A program made the translations under genes and the position numbers. From Actinomycetes bacterium (GTDB lineage: Bacteria; Actinomycetota; Coriobacteriia; Anaerosomatales; JAGXFU01): a DNA stretch of 64,000 nt. How positions within the stretch are numbered: position 1 is the stretch's first letter; every line of letters starts with the position of its first letter. Below are positions 10,066-17,769 of the stretch, piece after piece. The notes beneath the pieces are model-generated. The model worked only from the letters and a program-made list of their open reading frames with translations. It did no database searches and was not told the origin of the DNA. The stretch spans positions 170,083-234,082 of the forward strand of contig JAGXFU010000008.1 in the NCBI GenBank assembly GCA_024637115.1. The letters are read 5' to 3'.

Positions 10066-11370
10066 ATGAAAGAGATCCATGTTTCTACTCACAACCAAAC
10101 AATGGGAGTACCAATGAAGAGGATATTTTTTGTTGCCACTCTGGCAATGATGCTGCTCTTGGCCTTCTCCAGCGTTGCGCTGGCCAAGGGTTATTCCCCC
10201 AGTAACCGTTCCTCCTCGTTCCTTGACAAGGGCGAGAGCTACGTCGCATGGGACAAGGCGCAGGCCACGATGGACCTCGCTTCTGAGACCAACACTGCGA
10301 GCGTTCATGGCAACTACACCACGACAACCGTTAAGTGCCAGGTTTGCCATTCCGCTCACAAGGCTGCCGCCGCAGGCGACACGCTTCTTCAGAGCACCGC
10401 TTCACAGGCTTGCGTGCCGTGCCACCTCGGCGCCAACGCGAGCTCGAGCACCAAGGTTTCTGAAGGTAATCGTCACGGTTCGGCCAGCGGCTGTACCAAC
10501 GGCTACTGCCACTCTGTGGCCCCGCACGGCGTTGGCGATATCTCTAGTTACGCCACGCTCTCTGGCGCGATGTTGACCGATCACGGCGACAGCCTTCTCG
10601 GCGCTGCAATTCTTTCGGGCAGCACCGGTAATCCTGAAGAGGGCTACATCTATGCCACAGGTTCTGACAGCTCACTCGTAGCGTCTCGTATCGCTACGAT
10701 GACTGTCTACAACCCCGGCGTGACCGCCGCGATCCTCAACGATACGAGCGATGCTGCAGCGATTTCGTTTGGTCGCGCAGTCGGTACCGGCTACATCTGC
10801 TCCAACGGTGGCTGTCACATGAACGGTGCCTTCAACGCACTGACCGCTGATGCGACCTGGAGCGAGTGGGGCGGAATGCTTCACACGGACCTCGCCGAAT
10901 ATGGCCAGCCGCTTGGCTATGGCACATGGTGGGGCCCCGTCGACGTTCCTGCGGGTGACTACGCGCAGGGGTCGATTATTTCCTCGGGCGGAGTCGACTA
11001 CGATGTCTGGGATCTCTTCGACATGCGTCAGGACGCTGTCAAGGGTCACACGCTCGCAGCCGTTGCTGATCTCACCACTCGTGACGTTGCATTCGCCAAC
11101 GTTGGCGCTTGCAAGACATGTCACGACAGCATTGACTACCGCATCAGCCCGACCGCCAAGCAGTTCCCGCATGGCAACGACGTCATCAACGTTGGTGGCT
11201 TTGATGAGGGCACGAACAGTGCTGCATGGTTCACCGTTGCCGGTTCTCTGGGCAGCGGCGACGCGACCACCACGGTTCGCGGCACCGGCATCACTTCTGG
11301 TAGTGACGGCGCTTGCATGAAGTGCCACCGCAACACCGGCGCAACTTCTGGTGTTGGCATCACCTACTAG
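10066..11370 (+). CDS. secreted hexahaem c-type cytochrome (4 CxxCH + 2 Cx4CH) (module 1, gene 3)
   Basis: The start at 10066 sits behind GGAGGTG plus 6 nt. An alternative in-frame start at 10114 (MKRIFF...) sits behind GGGAG. The signal peptide is ...FFVATLAMMLLLAFSSVALA/KG. Haem motifs are CQVCH, CVPCH, CTNGYCH, CSNGGCH, CKTCH and CMKCH. The protein is Gly/Thr/Ala/Ser-rich. Confidence 0.85.
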   Translation: MKEIHVSTHNQTMGVPMKRIFFVATLAMMLLLAFSSVALAKGYSPSNRSSSFLDKGESYVAWDKAQATMDLASETNTASVHGNYTTTTVKCQVCHSAHKAAAAGDTLLQSTASQACVPCHLGANASSSTKVSEGNRHGSASGCTNGYCHSVAPHGVGDISSYATLSGAMLTDHGDSLLGAAILSGSTGNPEEGYIYATGSDSSLVASRIATMTVYNPGVTAAILNDTSDAAAISFGRAVGTGYICSNGGCHMNGAFNALTADATWSEWGGMLHTDLAEYGQPLGYGTWWGPVDVPAGDYAQGSIISSGGVDYDVWDLFDMRQDAVKGHTLAAVADLTTRDVAFANVGACKTCHDSIDYRISPTAKQFPHGNDVINVGGFDEGTNSAAWFTVAGSLGSGDATTTVRGTGITSGSDGACMKCHRNTGATSGVGITY

Positions 11371-11377
11371 AGCCTTA

Positions 11378-11443
11378 CTTGCACCAAGAACTGCACGAGG
11401 GGGGATCGGTCCCGAAAGGGGCCGGTCCCCACTCTTGTGCAAG
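11378..11443 (+). terminator. GC-rich stem-loop after hexahaem gene 1 (possible U-tract-less terminator or attenuator)
   Basis: A 13-bp stem GGGGATCGGTCCC (11401-11413) / GGGGCCGGTCCCC (11418-11430) has a GAAA loop and two G-U pairs. Outer arms are CTTGCAC (11378-11384) and GTGCAAG (11437-11443). Confidence 0.5.
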
Positions 11444-11496
11444 AGAACAGGTAGTATTCGAAGCAAAGGCCGTACATTTCTTTCGATTGGCTTACT

Positions 11497-12456
11497 GTGA
11501 GTCTCAGCGAGAGCACACCGATGGACACCCGGGCGGCGCTGTTCCTGAAATGGACCGTTCGAATACTCCTGGCGTTCGTTGCCTTGAACGTGATTGCCAT
11601 TGGGGCGGTCTCGGTCGCTCCCGAGCGCTGTTCGAGTTGCCATCTCCAGGAACCGGATCCGATCGAAGTACGAGAGGCCCACGCGTTTGTCCGCTGCAAT
11701 GATTGTCATGGCGGTCTCACCACCATCGCGCAGGTTGATTTCGCCGCGCGGCAGGTCTACGGAATGTATCTCGGGCTGCCTGTGCTCAACGGGCGAACAA
11801 CTGCGGCAATCTCGGACAGTGCCTGTCTGAGCTGCCATGAACTATCGAGCACACCATCGAGCACGAGTGCCATTCGTATTAATCACGTCGCGTGTGTCGG
11901 CGACTTGTCGTGTACCGACTGTCACTCCCGCATTGCGCACGGCGATGATGTCCAATGGCCGCGCTCATACGACATGTTCGAGTGCGTGTCGTGCCATATG
12001 ACACGCTCCGTGTCAGTGGAATGCGACCTGTGCCACACAGCACGAACCCCGCAAGAGCGAATTCGCACAGGTTCATTCGCGCTTACCCATGCTGAGAACT
12101 GGAGGCAGGCGCATGGCATGGGGGATTCTCTCGCATGTGCAGCCTGCCATTCTGAGGACAAGTGCGTCCAGTGTCACGGCTCCGGCGTTCCGCACACCGC
12201 TGCGTTCGCGGTGAACCACAGCGAATTCGCGGTGTTGGACACGGCGCAGTGCACGACGTGCCACACTCCTCAGTTCTGTAGCGATTGCCACGGTCTCGAA
12301 ATGCCGCATCCTGAAACGTTCGCTTCGGAGCACGCAGCGCTCGTTGAAGCTGATGGCCGCGTGGCATGTGACAACTGCCATGCGGACTCAGACTGCACCA
12401 CCTGTCATATTCTCCATATCCATCCGGGGAATGCCGGTCAGGGCGGGGGCGACTAA
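11497..12456 (+). CDS. membrane-anchored dodecahaem cytochrome c with NapC/NirT-like N-terminus (module 1, gene 4)
   Basis: One TM helix (WTVRILLAFVALNVIAIGAVSVA) runs directly into CSSCH. I counted 12 CxxCH motifs. The start is GTG at 11497 or ATG at 11521. Confidence 0.85.
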   Translation: MSLSESTPMDTRAALFLKWTVRILLAFVALNVIAIGAVSVAPERCSSCHLQEPDPIEVREAHAFVRCNDCHGGLTTIAQVDFAARQVYGMYLGLPVLNGRTTAAISDSACLSCHELSSTPSSTSAIRINHVACVGDLSCTDCHSRIAHGDDVQWPRSYDMFECVSCHMTRSVSVECDLCHTARTPQERIRTGSFALTHAENWRQAHGMGDSLACAACHSEDKCVQCHGSGVPHTAAFAVNHSEFAVLDTAQCTTCHTPQFCSDCHGLEMPHPETFASEHAALVEADGRVACDNCHADSDCTTCHILHIHPGNAGQGGGD

Positions 12457-13646
12457 TGCAGGAGTTGCTGACACGGGACTACGGTGAGACGTTCAGGCTG
12501 ATATGGGAAATCATCATGGATCCCGCGTCCAAGCCTACCGAGGCGATGCTCGCTTTCGCCGTTATCGTGATCATCCTCGTCATTGCAATGATCGCAGTGA
12601 TTCTTCTTGTGATGCGAGGAACCGAAGATGAAGACGAGTCGCCTACGGGCGACCGGGTAGATGCCGTCAGCGCTCAGCGGGTGCGTACTGATTCCTCGGC
12701 AGAATCGGGTGCCACGACTGTGAGCCCTCGGCGCGTTTCCACACGTTGGATCGTCGTGGGGACACTGCTGCTCTGGTGGTTCGCCACCGGCTTGATGACA
12801 ACGCTTCCTTCCGTATGCGAGTCGTGCCATGTGGATGGCGCGCATACCACCACGAATGCAGCTGATCCGCATGAGGCGACATCCTGCATCCGTTGTCATG
12901 AGGCAGGTGGCTATGTCGGCGCGCTCACGACAGGAGTCCCGAGCCGCGTTTCCCATATCGTTTCGGGCGTGCTGAGCGATGACATGACCGGATCGTATGG
13001 CTTCATATCCAGCGGTGCATGCGCACAGTGTCATGATGCTCAAATTGCTGATACGACCACAAATGAGCTTCGAGCGGTCAAGATGTCTCATGTGGAGCCT
13101 ATCGAGGCAGGCGCTCAATGTCTCGATTGTCACCGACTGAGCGAGGGGGTCGTGGGTTTGTACACCACAGGGATGCGCCCATGCCTGCTGTGTCATGACA
13201 ATGATTCCGCACCGGGAGAGTGCTCGTACTGCCACACCGGTGACATCGCTCTCGCGATTACGAGCTCGAGCAGGGCGTCCACTTCGACCGCGCAACGACT
13301 CATTCCGAATCCGGACTGCGGAGGATGTCACGATCAGACTTCGTGCGATGCCTGTCATGGGCTCCGCATGCCCCATTCGGCTGAGTTCATGGAGTACGCG
13401 CACGCGCGGCAGGGCGTTGAGGATATCTGGTTCAATGCCGGCAGGACATGCGGAAAATGCCACAGCGATCAGAAACGTCCCTGCACTACATGTCACAAAG
13501 GGAGCTTCTCGTCACACGGTTCGGGGCTGATTCGCACACATAGCAGCGGTACGTCAGTCGGCTGCGATGTGTGCCACAGCGCGATGGCCTACCGCCCCCG
13601 CAGGGACTTCTGCATAGATCTGTGTCATCAACCCCAGGCTCCGTAG
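12456..13646 (+). CDS. membrane-anchored multihaem cytochrome c, 11 CxxCH + 1 Cx3CH (module 1, gene 5)
   Basis: Its start overlaps the upstream stop in TAATG. Two TM helices are followed by CESCH. 11 CxxCH motifs plus a terminal CIDLCH. Confidence 0.85.
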   Translation: MQELLTRDYGETFRLIWEIIMDPASKPTEAMLAFAVIVIILVIAMIAVILLVMRGTEDEDESPTGDRVDAVSAQRVRTDSSAESGATTVSPRRVSTRWIVVGTLLLWWFATGLMTTLPSVCESCHVDGAHTTTNAADPHEATSCIRCHEAGGYVGALTTGVPSRVSHIVSGVLSDDMTGSYGFISSGACAQCHDAQIADTTTNELRAVKMSHVEPIEAGAQCLDCHRLSEGVVGLYTTGMRPCLLCHDNDSAPGECSYCHTGDIALAITSSSRASTSTAQRLIPNPDCGGCHDQTSCDACHGLRMPHSAEFMEYAHARQGVEDIWFNAGRTCGKCHSDQKRPCTTCHKGSFSSHGSGLIRTHSSGTSVGCDVCHSAMAYRPRRDFCIDLCHQPQAP

Positions 13647-13666
13647 GGCTCACGGCCCGCGGTGCG

Positions 13667-14368
13667 CTACTTCTCTGAGGCGAGATCTCCTCGGCGAGTA
13701 AGCATTCTCGCTGCAGTCAGGACGCACAGGGCGGCCATCACGTTGAGACCCGCACCCACGAGTGCGGACCGGGTGAGTCCGAGCATGGGCTCAAGATACA
13801 GACCCGCGACCGCAGCGCCCACTGCTGAGCCAAAGGAGCTGGCCGCAGCGACCCAGCCACTCGCCTTCTGAACATCTACAAGTCGTGCCGCGGCCGCGGT
13901 TGCCAATGGGAATGTCATTCCAAAGACGATAGCGGGAATGCACATGACCACGAACGAGAAGAGTGCTCTCAGAAGCAATGAGAGCTCGGGTGTAGCATTG
14001 GTGCTGAGTGATACGAGCACGTAGGCGCGTCCTGCGACTGCGAGAGCAGGTACGGACAGCGCCCCGATCAGGGCAGCGACGAGTTCAAGTCTGAGCAGTG
14101 CACGGAGCGGCGAGGCAAGACTGTCAGCCCTGCGGCCCGCGAGCCAGCTGCCGAACGCCAAGCCGCCCAGAAACGCCGAGAGCATGACTGAGGACGCCAG
14201 TGCCGTGGAGCCCAGCGACATGCCGAGCTGGCGGATCCAGACAACCTCATAGAGTAGTGAAGCGGAGCCGGCCGTGAACACCATGAGAAGCAATAGACGA
14301 AAAGGCCAACCGCTCGATACACGAGTGTTGTTGGATGACATGGCCATGTTGGTGGGCGTTTTTGGCAC
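13667..14368 (-). CDS. polytopic membrane protein resembling only the membrane domain of the adjacent fused membrane/spermidine-synthase-like proteins
   Basis: GTG start 5 nt after the upstream stop, with an AGGGAG Shine-Dalgarno. The motif SASLLYEVVWIRQL matches the N-terminal membrane domain of the two upstream paralogues. There is no C-terminal soluble domain. Confidence 0.65.
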   Translation of the reverse strand: MPKTPTNMAMSSNNTRVSSGWPFRLLLLMVFTAGSASLLYEVVWIRQLGMSLGSTALASSVMLSAFLGGLAFGSWLAGRRADSLASPLRALLRLELVAALIGALSVPALAVAGRAYVLVSLSTNATPELSLLLRALFSFVVMCIPAIVFGMTFPLATAAAARLVDVQKASGWVAAASSFGSAVGAAVAGLYLEPMLGLTRSALVGAGLNVMAALCVLTAARMLTRRGDLASEK

Positions 14369-14373
14369 GAGCC

Positions 14374-16074
14374 CTACTCCCTTGACTGTGAGATCACGTT
14401 GTTGAGCAGGTTCCAGAACACTCGATACTCGAGCGATGAGTGATCATCGGTGTTCAGTGGAACGAGCGGGTCATTTACGGCTCGTTCAAGGCCGGGCATG
14501 TCGCCGTATACAGAGAGCGTCTCGCTTGTAATGGCAGGGTTATCCCGAGAGAACGTGGGTCTGAGCTCACTGATTCGGGTCACGATCTCCTCGTGTGACG
14601 GGCTCGTATCATCCAGATATCCAATGAGGAGCAACTCTGATTCCGGGGCACCAGGGAAATTGATCGCCCATACGTCCACGCGCGGATACACTTGGCGCAT
14701 GGTCTTGTACATCATCTCCACGTCCCGGGGCTCAAGAAGGTAGTTCGGGAGCCACTGGCAGTACACTCCGCCCGGATTGAGACGTGCTTTCGCGGTCGAC
14801 ATGAACTCCTCGGTGAAGAGGGCGGCCACGCTTGAACTCCACGGCCAACTCGGTTCCGATGCGATAACGTCGTATGTTTTCGGATTGGTGAGTAGGTGTG
14901 AGCGGGCGTCGTCGACGATAACGCGCCACGTGTCGTCTTGAGGTATTTCACCAACAAAGTAGCTTGAAGCAGGGACCACCTCGGGATTGATCTCAACTGT
15001 GGTCACATGGTCGAAACCCAGTTGGTGATATGCCAGCGAGGTATAGCCGGTTCCGAGCCCGACAACGAGCGCCGATTCGGTACTGGTGGCGCTTGCGGCC
15101 GGCACAAGACCCAGCATAGTGGTGGTGCCCTTGTCGGTGTCACCGCTGTTTCCTTCGTCGAGCGCTCCGTTCGCAAGCGTTCGCAGCCCCCATCCGTCTT
15201 CATATACGGTGACTCGGGAGTACGTGCCCTCTTCCTCGTACAGGATCTCTCTGACCGAGGACGCGACCTTGTACTGGGTCGATGACTCATAGAAATAGAC
15301 CTGCCCCAGCCCGAGGGCCGCGCCAGACGAAGCCGGAATCGCGAGAAGTGCGAGCAATACGACGGGAACGAGTGCAAATTCGAGTGAGCGAAGGAAAGAA
15401 GGCGCGTTCGACAGGCGCGTCGCGAGGATGGAGAAGAGAATCGCGGCGCACGAGCTGAGGACTGCGGCAGTGATGAGTGCGCCCTTCAATCCAATGATGG
15501 GGATCAGTATGAACCCCGTTGTGAGGGAGCCAATGATCGCCCCGGCGGTGTTGCAGGAGTAGAGTCTGCCGGCCCACCCACCGAGTTCGTGCTTTCTTCC
15601 GACTGCTTCGATAACGAGCGGATAGGTAGCGCCCATGGCCATCGTGGGTAGCACCATGATCAGAAATGAGATGCCGAACTGAACGGCAAGGAAGACGGTA
15701 CCGGACATGTTCCATTGCTGGATCATGTCGAAGTAGATCGAGGGCAGGTAGCGCAGTCCAAGGAGGGCGACAACCGAGAAGACCGCTACAGCCAGTTCGG
15801 CGTGGGCCGCGTCTCTCAGTGGGTGCCGTGTGTGAGTAGCTCTGCGCGTTCCTAGCAGTGCGCCAATGCCCAATCCGGTCATGAACGCCGAGAGCATCAG
15901 GGCAGCTGAATACGCGGTGGAGCCGAACATCGAACTGAGTTCTCGCATCCATGAGACCTCGTAGGCCAGAGCGGCTGCACCGGAGAGGCCGTAGGCAAGC
16001 AGCAATATCGCCACGCTCGCCGGGGTCAGGTGTGCTTTCGATGGAGCATGTTCGGCGTTCGTGCGGGCACTCAT
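14374..16074 (-). CDS. fused polytopic membrane domain / spermidine-synthase-like (class I SAM-fold aminopropyltransferase-like) protein
   Basis: 566 aa. The N-terminal half is multi-TM (AALAYEVSWMRELSSMFGST...). The C-terminal half carries VVGLGTGYT...VEINPEVV...YDVIASEPSWPW, the SpeE-like nucleotide and acidic motifs. Confidence 0.8.
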   Translation of the reverse strand: MSARTNAEHAPSKAHLTPASVAILLLAYGLSGAAALAYEVSWMRELSSMFGSTAYSAALMLSAFMTGLGIGALLGTRRATHTRHPLRDAAHAELAVAVFSVVALLGLRYLPSIYFDMIQQWNMSGTVFLAVQFGISFLIMVLPTMAMGATYPLVIEAVGRKHELGGWAGRLYSCNTAGAIIGSLTTGFILIPIIGLKGALITAAVLSSCAAILFSILATRLSNAPSFLRSLEFALVPVVLLALLAIPASSGAALGLGQVYFYESSTQYKVASSVREILYEEEGTYSRVTVYEDGWGLRTLANGALDEGNSGDTDKGTTTMLGLVPAASATSTESALVVGLGTGYTSLAYHQLGFDHVTTVEINPEVVPASSYFVGEIPQDDTWRVIVDDARSHLLTNPKTYDVIASEPSWPWSSSVAALFTEEFMSTAKARLNPGGVYCQWLPNYLLEPRDVEMMYKTMRQVYPRVDVWAINFPGAPESELLLIGYLDDTSPSHEEIVTRISELRPTFSRDNPAITSETLSVYGDMPGLERAVNDPLVPLNTDDHSSLEYRVFWNLLNNVISQSRE

Positions 16075-16251
16075 AGGTGAAGCCTCATGCCGTGTCCCCT
16101 CGGGTCTCGCGGATCGTGGAGGTGCGCGTAGTGCACAACCGAGAATTGTGAAGCGAAATTAATGCCAGCAGGAGGTCAGTTTACTACACGTATCGATGGC
16201 AATGAGCCTTCACGTGGCCTGCGGGAACCACTCCCTAGAGCGTTCGGTTTC

Positions 16252-17769
16252 CTAGAGACCCATGAGGTACTGGTCGACGGGCGCAAAATCGTCCGTGATG
16301 AGTGGAATGGATTCGTAGCCCTGGGCCCCCGCCAACTCGGTGATTCTCTGCTTCGCAAGTTCAGGAGCGACTCGCTCAATAGTCTCCATGAGATCGATCG
16401 ACGTGCTCTTGCTTGCGAGCACTGAGATGTTCTGAATATCGGAAAGCTCGGCTGGATCGTAGACTGCAAATACCTCGACCTGCGGGAATATCTCCATCAG
16501 GGTGCCGTATTCAGCCCACAGGAATCTGCTGCCCGCGCCGTCCACCGAAGCGATCAGATTCATGGCGAGAATGCCGTCTTCATCCAGCACGTCGTAGCAG
16601 TGTTGCATCGACTCGTAGGTCGTGAGCTGATACGGGATCGAGCTTGCGGACTTGAAGGCATCGATGAGGATGACGTCATAGTTGTCCTGTGAGTCGTTGA
16701 GAAATGTCCGGCCGTCTTCGACCACTACATTCAGGCGCGGATCGTCTGTGAGGGAGAACGTGCTGCGGGCGACCTCAACGAGCTGCGGATCGATCTCAAC
16801 TGCGTCGGTCGTCGAGTCGGGGTAGTTCTCGAGCTGGTGGCGTGGGTAGGAGAACGCGCCTCCGCCTATCAGCAGTGTCTTCCTCACGTCCGGCACGCTT
16901 TGCAGCGCAAGGTCGTAGTAGTCGTAATAGTCGAGAAGGAATGGCTCTCCATTGTCTGAGTAGGTTGCCGACTCGATCGAATACGTGTCACGCGCGAGTG
17001 TCACAACGGGCCGAAGTGTCCCACTTTCAATCTCCCGGCCAATGAAGTAGCGATCGTATTGAGTGTCGAACGATCCCTCGGATGTTCCGGGGTAGTACAT
17101 CGCTCCAAGCAGCATTGCGAGAGCCGCTATCAGTCCTGCAGATCTCTTCATGGTGAGTGGCGGTGCGAGGATCGCTGCGAGGATGAGCACCACTGCTGCA
17201 AGCCAGGCCACGAGATCATGGCTTCCGATGTTCGCAATCAGCCAGAAACCGGCGGCAAAGGTGCCCGTAATGCTGCCAACGGTCGATAGCGCATAGAGCG
17301 ATCCGACCGTTGCGCCCGAGTCCGCGAGCGCGTGCAGCCGCAGGCGCGTGCAATACGGCGATACGGCTCCCAGCAGAGTTGAAGGAATAGCGAACAGGAG
17401 TGTTGCGGAGATCACAGCCGCGATTCTCAGTGTCGAGCCCGCTGCGAGACTGGGAAGAAGCGTGCCTTCCGTGAAGGACACAAGAGAAATGGATATCGAC
17501 GCGGACAGTAGAATCCAGAAGAGAATCTTTGTTGAGAGATGTCGGTCTCCCAGGCGCCCGCCAAGGAAACCGCCGAGTGCCATGAATCCAAGCATGACGC
17601 CGATCAGGCTCGTCCACACGAACAGCGAGTTGCCGTAGAAGGGTGCGAGCAGCCTGGAGCCGACAAGCTCGAGCACCATCACGACCGCTCCGGACACGAA
17701 CACGACCAGACCGATCAGGAAGGCGGACGTGTCGATAACGATGCCAGTGTCTTCACCAGTGCGTTGCAT
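16252..17769 (-). CDS. fused polytopic membrane domain / spermidine-synthase-like protein (paralogue)
   Basis: Start chosen at ATG 17769 (AGAGG Shine-Dalgarno). The track ORF extends to 17838. Carries ELVGSRLLAPFYGNSLFVWTS..., LLIGGGAFSYP, VEIDPQLVEVAR and YDVILIDAF. Confidence 0.8.
   Translation of the reverse strand: MQRTGEDTGIVIDTSAFLIGLVVFVSGAVVMVLELVGSRLLAPFYGNSLFVWTSLIGVMLGFMALGGFLGGRLGDRHLSTKILFWILLSASISISLVSFTEGTLLPSLAAGSTLRIAAVISATLLFAIPSTLLGAVSPYCTRLRLHALADSGATVGSLYALSTVGSITGTFAAGFWLIANIGSHDLVAWLAAVVLILAAILAPPLTMKRSAGLIAALAMLLGAMYYPGTSEGSFDTQYDRYFIGREIESGTLRPVVTLARDTYSIESATYSDNGEPFLLDYYDYYDLALQSVPDVRKTLLIGGGAFSYPRHQLENYPDSTTDAVEIDPQLVEVARSTFSLTDDPRLNVVVEDGRTFLNDSQDNYDVILIDAFKSASSIPYQLTTYESMQHCYDVLDEDGILAMNLIASVDGAGSRFLWAEYGTLMEIFPQVEVFAVYDPAELSDIQNISVLASKSTSIDLMETIERVAPELAKQRITELAGAQGYESIPLITDDFAPVDQYLMGL

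Noticed and set aside
10672-13496. Minus-strand ORFs of 388 aa (10672-11838) and 347 aa (12453-13496) inside module 1.
   Set aside because: They are antisense to genes whose plus-strand frames carry 6, 12 and 11 regularly spaced CxxCH motifs plus signal and TM segments. The minus-strand translations have none of these features.
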